Assembly (NCBI GenBank): GCA_903908285.1
Contig: CAIVRH010000023.1
Coordinates: forward strand, 25,052-89,051
Origin: an uncultured candidate division Zixibacteria bacterium
Lineage (GTDB): Bacteria > Zixibacteria > MSB-5A5 > SM1-73
Reading direction: 5' to 3'
DNA length: 64,000 nt
The position numbers and the translations under genes are program-made. The notes under the pieces were generated by a model. The model made no database searches and was not told the origin of the DNA. It saw only the letters and a list, made by a program, of their open reading frames with translations. Positions 10,458-19,408 of this stretch are shown here, in pieces; within the stretch, counting starts at the first letter, position 1; each line of letters begins with the position of its first letter.

Positions 10458-11267
10458 ATGCTTTCTCAACTTTCGATTCCAGTATTATCCAAAAATATCC
10501 TGCAGGAAAAAATCTTTAGACTTACCCTTTCCTCTGCTTATATCTCCCAAAGGGCAAAGCCGGGGAATTTCGTTCATATCCGGGTCGGCTCCACCGGGAA
10601 TCCCCTTTTACGTCGGCCGTTCAGTATCCACTCCGTAGATATTTCCAAAAGCAGGTTTGACATTCTGTTCCGGGTCGTAGGAAAGGGGACGGAGCTTTTG
10701 TCCCAAGCAAATCCGGGCGAAGTTCTCGATATTCTCGGACCCATCGGTAATTCCTTTATCTTACCTCCTAAAAGCAAGGAGGTAATGTTGGTAGCCGGCG
10801 GAATGGGGATTGCTCCATTATGGTTCCTATTCACCCATATGTTGGCAAAAGGATTTGATCCGAGTCGGATAACTTTCCTCTTTGGCGCAAAGAATAAAAG
10901 AGAATTGCTCTACTTAGAGAAATTTAAGAAAAGCAAAGTGAAACTGCTGGTAACTACAGATGACGGAAGTCTGGGGAGTAAGGGTCTGGTTACCGAAGCT
11001 TTTCTCAAGGATATAATCGGTGGAAATCGGGATCATCAGAACTTAGCCGTTTATTCCTGCGGACCGGAGATGATGCTGGCAAGAATGTCTGATCTGGCTA
11101 AGGAATACGGTTTTTCCTGTCAAGTTTCTTTGGAAACCAACATGGCTTGTGGAGTAGGGGCTTGTTGGGGCTGTGTGGTAAAACTATCAGATGGGACTTA
11201 CCAGCGGGTTTGTGCAGATGGACCTGTGTTTGATGCCCAAAAAATAAATTTTTCAAAAATAGCATAA
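10458..11267 (+). CDS. pyrK: Dihydroorotate dehydrogenase electron transfer subunit
   Basis: LLRRPFS, VAGGMGIAP, CGPEMM, MACGVGACWGC...C.DGPVF; directly upstream of pyrD. Confidence 0.93.
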   Translation: MLSQLSIPVLSKNILQEKIFRLTLSSAYISQRAKPGNFVHIRVGSTGNPLLRRPFSIHSVDISKSRFDILFRVVGKGTELLSQANPGEVLDILGPIGNSFILPPKSKEVMLVAGGMGIAPLWFLFTHMLAKGFDPSRITFLFGAKNKRELLYLEKFKKSKVKLLVTTDDGSLGSKGLVTEAFLKDIIGGNRDHQNLAVYSCGPEMMLARMSDLAKEYGFSCQVSLETNMACGVGACWGCVVKLSDGTYQRVCADGPVFDAQKINFSKIA

Positions 11268-11304
11268 GGGTGACCCGAGTGGTTGTCCGGAGTAATTTTA
11301 GGAG

Positions 11305-12234
11305 TTGAATTTGAAACCAAAACCTGATCTTTCGGTAACCATAGCCGGAGTGAAATTTCCCAATCCGGTTCTGGTGGCATCCGGCACTTTCGGGTATGGA
11401 GAGGAATACGGAGCTTTGATTGATCTTTCCAAATTGGGCGGGATCGTATGCAAATCCGTAACTTTACTCCCCCGGGAGGGAAACCCTCCTCCCCGAACCG
11501 TGGAGACCCCATCCGGTATGCTAAATGCAATCGGTCTGACGAATGTAGGAGTGGATCGCTTCATCCAGGAAAAGCTTCCTTTTTTGCAGAAGCAGAAGAC
11601 CAGGATTATCGTGAACGTAGCCGGAAGGACTATCGAGGAATATGTCGAGGTGGTCAAGAAGCTCAATCCCTGCAAAGGGATCGACATGCTGGAGATCAAT
11701 ATCTCCTGTCCCAACGTTAAAGAAGGGGGATTGGCTTTTGGCGCCAGGTGTGAATCGGCTCAAACCTGTATAAAACAGGTTAAAGAAATAAGCGGGTTTC
11801 CTATAATCGCCAAACTTTCTCCGAATGTTACCGATATCGTGGAGATTGCTCAGGCGGTGGAGGGAGCGGGGACGGATGCGATCTCTTTGATCAACACCTT
11901 GGTCGGTATGGCCATCGATGTAGAGAAGAGAAGGCCGGTTTTAGGAAATATCACCGGCGGGCTTTCCGGTCCGGCCATCAAACCGGTGGCGCTGGCTATG
12001 GTATGGAAGGTGGCAAATGCGGTAAAAGTACCGGTTATCGGTTTAGGGGGGATAATGAATACTCAGGACGCACTGGAATTCTTCTTGGCCGGCGCCAGCA
12101 TGATCCAGATCGGAACCGCTAATTTCGTAGATCCGCAGACATCGGTAAATATCGTCAACGGATTGAACAGATATCTTAAGGAAAAAGGAATTGAAAGAAT
12201 TACAGATTTGGTGGGAAAGCTGGAAACTAAATAG
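11305..12234 (+). CDS. pyrD: Dihydroorotate dehydrogenase family 1B catalytic subunit
   Basis: ASGTFG, GNPPPR, NAIGL, EINISCPNV, KLSPNVTD, GGLSGPAIKP. Confidence 0.96.
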   Translation: MNLKPKPDLSVTIAGVKFPNPVLVASGTFGYGEEYGALIDLSKLGGIVCKSVTLLPREGNPPPRTVETPSGMLNAIGLTNVGVDRFIQEKLPFLQKQKTRIIVNVAGRTIEEYVEVVKKLNPCKGIDMLEINISCPNVKEGGLAFGARCESAQTCIKQVKEISGFPIIAKLSPNVTDIVEIAQAVEGAGTDAISLINTLVGMAIDVEKRRPVLGNITGGLSGPAIKPVALAMVWKVANAVKVPVIGLGGIMNTQDALEFFLAGASMIQIGTANFVDPQTSVNIVNGLNRYLKEKGIERITDLVGKLETK

Positions 12235-12376
12235 ATCTTCCTGATTAAACATACATTTGGGAAAAGCCATAAACTATTCGGTTTAGAGCACCTTCGAACT
12301 CTACGATTTTATCCCCTTTTGAAATTCACATATCAATTGTCTTCTCGAAGCAACTCAGACTATCACACCTTGTTAG

Positions 12377-12408
12377 AAAAAGGCGGGGTTTTCGTCCCGC
12401 CTCTTTTA
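12377..12408. terminator. Bidirectional intrinsic terminator between convergent genes
   Basis: aaaaaggcgggg-tttt-cgtcccgcctctttt hairpin with A and T tracts. Confidence 0.7.
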
Positions 12409-12440
12409 AAAAGAGAGTGTTTAATTAAAAAACCATGGTC

Positions 12441-13355
12441 TTACAATTCGCAAGGAGGAGGACCATGTTTGAAGAGATAGTTTATGGTGTAAACCACATC
12501 ACCGATATCGATTATACCATCGCAATTGGCGTCACCATTTAATGCCAAAGAGAGCATGGGGGTGAATATCCTTTCCGAGGGTGAAACACCTCCAAGAGTA
12601 TCGGCGCAATATGAGCTAATAAGCATGAGTGAATGTGACGGTGGTTTCTGTGTTGCGGATAAAGCGAGAGGATCACCATCCGCTAGCTTGGTGAAGTACA
12701 GCGTCGCTACCAGGCCGGTGGTTCCAGAATCAAGTGGTGTGTCTGTATACTCGTTTGCAAAAGGCAAGATCATTACTGTCTTATTGTCATTATCGATGGA
12801 GACTGTCATAGGCCAGCTAATGTTAAAATCTACGGATCCCGATCTGGACCAATCTGTCGGAATTATACTCCCGGCAAAACTTACACTGTCTAAAGTCACA
12901 TCTACTTCATTGGGTCGGCTGGCGTAACTTAAGGGAATTACCATGCCCATCAAATCTGGTCCGCCATTCTTAATTATCTTGATTTGAGTAGTTTCATGGT
13001 TATTGCCCCCACTAAAATAAATCAGGTCGACAAAGAATCTGATTTCACTTCCAACCCTCACAGAGGTTCCGGAATAAGGCAGTAAATCACAAAAAGGAGG
13101 GTAGAGATGGCCAATCAACTGTGTGATATCTCCTAAATTAATACCGGGTGAGCCATCCACATCAGCATCAATAGGATTGACGGGTGGGTTACCATTCTGA
13201 AACAGGTACTGGATTAGGTAAACTATGTCACCCACACTAACGATTGAATCAGCGTTAACATCTCCGAGAATGGCTGATGCCGGTGCAGCAAAAAAGCCAC
13301 CCCAGAGTATGGTAAAAAAGCCACAGAAAACCAAAAGAATTGCAAGTTTTTTCAT
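12441..13355 (-). CDS. Secreted dockerin-domain protein with central cohesin-like beta-sandwich
   Basis: Signal peptide; GDVNADSIVSVGDIVYLIQYLF...DVDGSPGINLGD dockerin at the N-terminus; GDANCDGIIDIGDVVYTINYLF at the C-terminus. Confidence 0.8.
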   Translation of the reverse strand: MKKLAILLVFCGFFTILWGGFFAAPASAILGDVNADSIVSVGDIVYLIQYLFQNGNPPVNPIDADVDGSPGINLGDITQLIGHLYPPFCDLLPYSGTSVRVGSEIRFFVDLIYFSGGNNHETTQIKIIKNGGPDLMGMVIPLSYASRPNEVDVTLDSVSFAGSIIPTDWSRSGSVDFNISWPMTVSIDNDNKTVMILPFANEYTDTPLDSGTTGLVATLYFTKLADGDPLALSATQKPPSHSLMLISSYCADTLGGVSPSERIFTPMLSLALNGDANCDGIIDIGDVVYTINYLFKHGPPPCEL

Positions 13356-13546
13356 TTTCTCCTCTCCTTATGTAAAAAGATTATCTAATACAGTTCAATC
13401 TAACCATTCATTATTATAGAGACAACTTACCATTCTACCTCCTGGTTAAGGGTTATTCTTTAGTTGGTTGCTGGAATTGTTTTCCTAAAAAGAAAGCAAC
13501 ACCATCTACAAAATCAGTTGAGGATTAAATCAATTATTATGAAAAT

Positions 13547-13574
13547 AATATAGACATGTTCCTGAGTTTGTCAA
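13547..13574 (-). promoter_or_regulatory. Sigma70-like promoter for the dockerin gene
   Basis: TTGACA-16 bp-TATATT on the minus strand. Confidence 0.55.
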
Positions 13575-13940
13575 GTTTAAAAAGAAGAATTTAACTACTT
13601 TTGATTAACTCACACACTATGTGTAAGTTATCATCTAGAAGAATCTGGGGTGAGTGATAATAAATCCCTGTTAACCAGAATGATAAAATTGAATAAAGGT
13701 TGGAGTTATGGATTGTGGATGGAGTAAAATAGCCAAGCGAGAGATAATATAAATGAATGGTCAGGATGCCTTTTCTGTTTATCATCAAGTTTGAGATCAG
13801 GACATATTCTTTTCCTTTTCTTAAATGTATTGGAAAGGTATTTCTACTGAAGCAAGTGGATAAATTTTATCTCTATTAGCTATCTTCATCTTATAGAGAA
13901 GAGGAAATCGAGGTGAGGTCTTACATCATGGATTCTGTGC

Positions 13941-13974
13941 AAAAAAACAGGCGGGATTATTTATCCTGCCTGTT
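13941..13974 (-). terminator. Intrinsic terminator after 14007..14882
   Basis: aacaggcgggat...atcctgcctgtt hairpin with an A7 tract (U tract on minus strand). Confidence 0.7.
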
Positions 13975-14006
13975 ATATTTAGACACTGAAGGCTACATCA
14001 ATGGGC

Positions 14007-14882
14007 TTACGATCCACAGGGAGGCGGTCCACCTCTGAACAGATAATTGATCGAATAGACTATATCTCCAATATCGACTCTCCCGTCGCAGTTGGCATCA
14101 CCCACCAGCCCCAAAGAGAGAACAGGGACAGTGATCCTTCGGGAGGGGGGAGTGCCGTCTGCGCAGTAGGCACTGATGAGCATGAGCGAATGGGAGGGAG
14201 GGATTTCGGTAATAGAGAGAGAGTGAGGGGTTCCATTAGCCGTCTTATTAAAATATAGGGTTGCCAACACACCGGTGGTTCCGGAATCGATCGGTGTTAT
14301 CCCAGTAAAATTGGCGCGAGAGGAGATGAGAACGGTCTTCTCCGTGTTATCGATACGAACAAGATTCTGATCCGGATTCCAGCTTGATGGAATTATGCTT
14401 CCGTAGAAACTCACACTGTCTAAAGTTACCTCAACCTCACCGGGTTGATCGGCATAGCTTAAAGGTATCACGAACCCCACTAAATCCGGTCCCTCATTCA
14501 ACAATATTTTGACACTGATGGTATCGGTAGGGCCGGAAGCCATAGGAGAAATCAAGTCTGAAGACAATAATATTTTACTGCCTAACTTTACGGAGGTTCC
14601 GGAGTAAGGAATAAGACTGCACCCGGTATAACAGTAACCGATTAGTTGCATTACATCACCCATATTGATACCCGAGGAGCCATCCACATCAGCATCAATA
14701 GGATTGACAGGAGGGGGTGAGTTCTTGTAAAGATAATTTATCAGGTAGACTATATCACCGGTCTCCACTGTGCCACTATTATTAATGTCTCCAGGAATGG
14801 CGGATACCGGTGTAACAAACAAACCGCACCAAAACATGGCTAAAAAGCCACAGAAGACTAAAGAAACTATAAGCTTTTTCAT
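14007..14882 (-). CDS. Secreted dockerin-domain protein, paralog of 12441..13355
   Basis: Same architecture; shared PPVNPIDADVDGS.GIN, GPDL.G.VIPLSYA, VTLDSVSF.GSIIP, PPSHSLMLIS.YCAD blocks. Confidence 0.8.
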   Translation of the reverse strand: MKKLIVSLVFCGFLAMFWCGLFVTPVSAIPGDINNSGTVETGDIVYLINYLYKNSPPPVNPIDADVDGSSGINMGDVMQLIGYCYTGCSLIPYSGTSVKLGSKILLSSDLISPMASGPTDTISVKILLNEGPDLVGFVIPLSYADQPGEVEVTLDSVSFYGSIIPSSWNPDQNLVRIDNTEKTVLISSRANFTGITPIDSGTTGVLATLYFNKTANGTPHSLSITEIPPSHSLMLISAYCADGTPPSRRITVPVLSLGLVGDANCDGRVDIGDIVYSINYLFRGGPPPCGS

Positions 14883-15070
14883 TCTCTCCTCTCCCTTTTT
14901 GAAGGTTTAAGAATTTAGTAAGCTTTATACCCCCCTTATCTTTAGAGATAAACCACCCCATCACCTCCTGGCTAAAGGTTGGAAAGATAAATAAGGTTGG
15001 TTTGATTGTTTTGAAAAAAAGCATGATCATCACAAAATTCGTTTGGGAGCTTGATAAATTTTATGTATTT

Positions 15071-15098
15071 AATATAAACCCTTTTATGGACTTGTCAA
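15071..15098 (-). promoter_or_regulatory. Sigma70-like promoter for the second dockerin gene
   Basis: TTGACA-16 bp-TATATT on the minus strand, same geometry as 13547..13574. Confidence 0.55.
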
Positions 15099-15217
15099 TT
15101 TCAAAAAAAGGAGTTTCGAGTTTATAGGAAAACCCTATACTCCGGAGGGATGGGATATTCCACAGGAGGGATAAGTATAATGTGAAGGTTCAATACCTGT
15201 ATTTAGATCTTTTGAGG

Positions 15218-16531
15218 TTATTCTCTGCTCCTCACCTCTCCCCCTACGATGGTGCAGAAAACCTTACCACGAAGTCTTTTCTTGCCAAAGGGTGAATTCT
15301 TTGACTTCGATTGAAACTTGGTCGGATCCACCACCCACAGAGTTTTGGGATGGATGATGGTGATATCTGCCGGGAAGTTTTTCTTAATCCTTCCCCCATT
15401 CAGATTCAATATTTTAGCGGGATTTATGGTCAGCTTAGCTATGGCTTGTGACCAGGAAAGAATCTTTTTCTCGATTAATTCGGTAACCACCAAGCCCAAA
15501 GCGGTCTCCAAACCCACCATTCCGCAAGGGGCAAAATCGAACTCCACGTCTTTTTCCTCAATCGAATGAGGGGCATGGTCGGTGGCGATGCAATCGATGG
15601 TCCCGTCCGCCAAGCCTTTTTTTATCGCTTCCACATCTTTCTTCGATCTTAGCGGCGGGTTGACTTTGGCATTGGTGTCGAATGTCCTTATTATCTCGTG
15701 GGTCAACGAGAAATGGTGGGGAGTGGCTTCGCAGGTGACTTTTATACCTCTCTTTTTAGCCTGACGGATAAGCTCCACCGAACCCTCGGTGGAAACGTGG
15801 GCGATATGAAGGTGGGCTTTGGTAAATTCAGCCAGTTTAATATCCCGCGCCACCATGATTTCTTCAGCCACCGAAGGTATGCCGCTCATCCCCAGACTGG
15901 TAGATACAAAACCCTCATGCATAACTCCGCTGCCGGAAAGATTCAAATCCTCACAGTGAGAGATCACCGGCAGATCAAACATCCGGCAATATTCCAAAGC
16001 GTTTCTCATCACTTGCGGATCGGAGACCGGTTTTCCGTCATCCGAGATCGCCACCACCCCGGCCTGGACCAAATCGTAAATCTCGGTGAGCTCCTCGCCC
16101 ATCTGATTTTTGGTGATACAACCGATCGGATACACTTTGCATTTTGCCTGTTTTGCTTTCTCGTAGACAAACTTTACGGTTTCCTGATTATCGATAGGGG
16201 GATGGGTGTTAGGCATACAGCAGACCGAGGTGAATCCTCCAGCTACGGCTGCACAGGAACCGGTATATATGGTTTCCTCGTCCTCTCTTCCCGGCTCCCT
16301 CAGGTGGGTATGCATGTCTATCAGACCGGGAACCACTATCATTTCCTTGGCATCGATGGTCTCTTTCGCCCCAAGCTTGCTTTTAGGCTTCTCGATTCTC
16401 TTAATCACTCCATCCCGGATGAAAATATCCGCGATCCGGTCGGTTTTGCTTTCCGGGTCGATCACTCTGCCACCTACGATGGCCAGATCGAATTCCGAAA
16501 CCACTCCTTTTTCCTTCTCGTAGTTATTCAA
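15218..16531 (-). CDS. pyrC: Dihydroorotase (type I)
   Basis: PGLIDMHTHLREPG, MPNT, HCED, HIAHVST, VNPPLR, ATDHAPH. Confidence 0.96.
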   Translation of the reverse strand: MNNYEKEKGVVSEFDLAIVGGRVIDPESKTDRIADIFIRDGVIKRIEKPKSKLGAKETIDAKEMIVVPGLIDMHTHLREPGREDEETIYTGSCAAVAGGFTSVCCMPNTHPPIDNQETVKFVYEKAKQAKCKVYPIGCITKNQMGEELTEIYDLVQAGVVAISDDGKPVSDPQVMRNALEYCRMFDLPVISHCEDLNLSGSGVMHEGFVSTSLGMSGIPSVAEEIMVARDIKLAEFTKAHLHIAHVSTEGSVELIRQAKKRGIKVTCEATPHHFSLTHEIIRTFDTNAKVNPPLRSKKDVEAIKKGLADGTIDCIATDHAPHSIEEKDVEFDFAPCGMVGLETALGLVVTELIEKKILSWSQAIAKLTINPAKILNLNGGRIKKNFPADITIIHPKTLWVVDPTKFQSKSKNSPFGKKRLRGKVFCTIVGGEVRSRE

Positions 16532-17459
16532 CTTTTCCTTCTCCTCCGCTTAAAAGATATAAAACCGCCATTCTCACCGCTACTCCGTTGGTTACCTGGT
16601 CCAAGATCACCGAGTGAGGACCGTCCGCCACTTCCGGGGTGATCTCCACCCCTCTATTTATAGGTCCCGGATGCATGATGGTGAAATTCTGATTCAACCG
16701 ATTTAGTCTATCCCGGGTTATTCCAAATTTGTTGGAATACTCCCTGAGTGAAGGCAAAAGACTGCCCCTTTGTCTTTCTAACTGAATCCTTAGAACATTG
16801 ACCACGTCCGCCCCTTCTAAAGCTTGGTCCAGATCGGAATATGCTTTCACCCCCATCTTTTCGATCTCCAGTGGGAGCATGGTGGTGGGACCGCATACCG
16901 AAACATCCGCTCCCAAGGCAGTGAATCCCCAGATATCCGATCTTGCCACCCGGCTGTGTTTTATGTCCCCCACGATCACGACTTTTAAGCCTTTGATCCT
17001 TTTGTACTTTTCTCTGACAGTGAAAACGTCCAGCAATCCCTGGGTGGGATGTTCATGGGCTCCATCTCCGGCATTGATGATGGATGCCTTCATACACTGA
17101 GTAAGAAAATAGGGGACTCCAGAGGCTTGATGCCTAACCACCACCATATCGATCTTCATAGCTTCGATATTTCTAACCGTGTCCTTCAACGTCTCCCCTT
17201 TTTTGACGCTGGAGGTCGAAGCGGAGAAGTTCACCACCTCGGCGGAAAGACGTTTCTCTGCCAGCTCAAAGGAGATGCGGGTGCGGGTGGAAGCCTCGTA
17301 GAACAAGTTCACCACCCCCACCCCTCTCAAGGTGGGAACGATTCGGATGGGGCGTGCCAGAATCTCCTTTAAAGTTTCCGCGGTATCCAGAATCAAGGTT
17401 ATCTCATCTTTACTCATCCCCTCCAAGGCGAGGAGATGTCTGCTACGTAATTTCATCAC
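16524..17459 (-). CDS. pyrB: Aspartate carbamoyltransferase catalytic subunit
   Basis: FYEASTRTR, NAGDGAHEHPTQ, GDIKHSRVARS, MHPGPINRG. Confidence 0.97.
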   Translation of the reverse strand: MMKLRSRHLLALEGMSKDEITLILDTAETLKEILARPIRIVPTLRGVGVVNLFYEASTRTRISFELAEKRLSAEVVNFSASTSSVKKGETLKDTVRNIEAMKIDMVVVRHQASGVPYFLTQCMKASIINAGDGAHEHPTQGLLDVFTVREKYKRIKGLKVVIVGDIKHSRVARSDIWGFTALGADVSVCGPTTMLPLEIEKMGVKAYSDLDQALEGADVVNVLRIQLERQRGSLLPSLREYSNKFGITRDRLNRLNQNFTIMHPGPINRGVEITPEVADGPHSVILDQVTNGVAVRMAVLYLLSGGEGKVE

Positions 17460-17646
17460 ACCTCCGAAAATACCGGTTCGTAGTTCGTGGTTCGTGGTTG
17501 GAAGTCTCTACTTTACGGTTCACGCTTGAATTTCTTCATGGAATTTAGCGCTTTTCTATCCATATCATTCTTCATCCGTCATTCTTTATTCTTCATTCGA
17601 TATTAGCTTTATTTTATTTCTTCTTTTTCCATTTTCTCTTGACTCT

Positions 17647-18192
17647 TCACTGCTTTATGATGGACACACTGTCCTCCTTGTCCACCTCGGTTATCTTCAC
17701 ATTCACCCGGTCATCCTTGGCGGTGGGAATGTTTTTCCCCACATAATCTGCGCGGATGGGAAGCTCGCGATGTCCCCGGTCGACTAAAACCGCCAGCTGG
17801 ATGTTTTTCGGTCGACCGAAATCGATTATCTGGTCCAAAGCTGCCCGGATGGTCCTGCCGGTGAACAAGACATCGTCCACCAGGACTATCACTTTATCCA
17901 CCACATCGAATAAGACCTCGGTTTTTTGAACCACAGGCTGTTCCAGTTTGGTCTGGATGTCATCCCGGTACAAGGTTATGTCCATCAGCCCGACGGGGAT
18001 TTTTACTTTTTCGATTTGTTCAATCAGCTTGGCGATTCGCTCGGCCAAGTATGCTCCCCGGGTTTTGATTCCAATGACTGCCAGATTTTCCGCGCCCTTG
18101 TTTTTTTCCACCATCTCATGGGCCACGCGAATCAATGCTCTTTCCACCGCTTTGGCATCCATGACCAATACGATTTTCTGTTTCTTAGGCAA
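17647..18192 (-). CDS. pyrR: Bifunctional pyrimidine regulatory protein / uracil phosphoribosyltransferase
   Basis: [46 protein letters not shown]. Confidence 0.97.
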   Translation of the reverse strand: MPKKQKIVLVMDAKAVERALIRVAHEMVEKNKGAENLAVIGIKTRGAYLAERIAKLIEQIEKVKIPVGLMDITLYRDDIQTKLEQPVVQKTEVLFDVVDKVIVLVDDVLFTGRTIRAALDQIIDFGRPKNIQLAVLVDRGHRELPIRADYVGKNIPTAKDDRVNVKITEVDKEDSVSIIKQ

Positions 18193-18319
18193 TTGGCTCC
18201 TCCTTGTGATTTCTCTAATCCCCCTAAATCCCCCTTTAACAAAGGGGGATTAAAATCTTCCTTTTTACCTGAGACGGGATATATCATTGTGCCAACTTTT
18301 GACAACCAAATCCACAGAT

Positions 18320-18420
18320 AAAAAAATACCCTTCCTCGGTTTTTCTGAGGAAGGGTAGTTATTTCAATTCGTATTATTTTCATTTTACCTTTTCTAGCTT
18401 CGCCGAACTAGATTAAAAGG
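18320..18420 (-). promoter_or_regulatory. PyrR-binding attenuator: binding loop at 18388-18420 and terminator at 18320-18357
   Basis: Minus strand reads CCUUUUAAUCUAGUUCGGCGAAGCUAGAAAAGG (close to the ARUCCNGNGAGGYU loop with CCUUUAA 5' arm), then UACCCUUCCUCAG...CCGAGGAAGGGUAUUUUUUU. Confidence 0.85.
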
Positions 18421-18460
18421 CTCTTCGGTTGTACCTAATCTATTCAAGGATTCTTTCTTG

Positions 18461-19309
18461 TCAAGTATTTTTTTGGAGTGTTTCCAGCCAATCTAAATGG
18501 TAGTGAAGAAGATAAGTTTTTACTGCTTCCTTTTTTCCTTTGTATGAGTCTCGAAGGTCATTTACATAATTATCAACAAGCGGAACAATTCCTTGGTCTC
18601 TTATCTCAGACCGTTTTCGACCCCAATTTCCAGTTGGTTTGAGACATCCCCTGCCTCCTCTAAGTATCCAAGCCGGATCGTTTATAATCTTAACTTTCAA
18701 TCCTTGTTCTTCGAGAAATCTAACATGGCGACCTTGAAATGTTATTATAATTGATGGTTTTAATTCCTTTAGTTCCCTCAAAGCAAGTTCATCATTAAGT
18801 TCCCAATATTTTTCCGGTGATTCGAGATGGTTAGGATTTATATCTATTTTCTTGTGAAGAGAGAATTTGTAGTAATTTGAAACTGCAACATGGTCTTGTA
18901 CTTCGTTAAAGGTCGAATATTTCTCTTGGGATATAGAATAAATTAATACACCAGCCAAAGCAGGCAGAACCCCTCCTTGATAAGGAGCAATTGCGATTTC
19001 AGAAAAGTCCAAATCGTTTTCTGGATATTTTCTCTCAAAACCAGGGCAAGAATAATAAAGTCTTTCTACCAGTTTATCGAAGTTTTTTGAGTATAGTTCT
19101 CTGAGGGATAATTCGTTCAGGCTGAAAGGGATATTCTGTGCTGTGGCATAAATGAGAATTCTGTATCCCTCATAGTTTTTGCCAACAAACGGGATATAAG
19201 GAGGAAAAAACTGACCATCATCAGTTTTTGTAGATAATAAGTCAGCATATTTTGATAAATTTCTTAAGTCCCAATTTTGGAACTCTGTGATAAGACTTTT
19301 TATATCCAT
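18461..19309 (-). CDS. Hypothetical protein, probable uracil-DNA-glycosylase-like superfamily fold
   Basis: 'PFVGKNY...RILIY', 'VAVSNYYK', 'ELKELKPSIIITFQG' fit the UDG-like alpha/beta motif order; AT-rich. Confidence 0.5.
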   Translation of the reverse strand: MDIKSLITEFQNWDLRNLSKYADLLSTKTDDGQFFPPYIPFVGKNYEGYRILIYATAQNIPFSLNELSLRELYSKNFDKLVERLYYSCPGFERKYPENDLDFSEIAIAPYQGGVLPALAGVLIYSISQEKYSTFNEVQDHVAVSNYYKFSLHKKIDINPNHLESPEKYWELNDELALRELKELKPSIIITFQGRHVRFLEEQGLKVKIINDPAWILRGGRGCLKPTGNWGRKRSEIRDQGIVPLVDNYVNDLRDSYKGKKEAVKTYLLHYHLDWLETLQKNT

Positions 19310-19408
19310 ATGTCTCCTTTCTGTTTTTAGTATTTGTCAGGCATCCTTCGGAACCCGACCTACAGTATGTAAAACTTCAGGCGACCACCAGAGTTGTTCC
19401 TGCAGATT

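Noticed and set aside
15698..16642. Long antisense ORFs (this 314-aa one; also 22701..23318, 38032..38703, 29900..30469)
   Set aside because: Shadow frames opposite well-supported genes, with no motifs.
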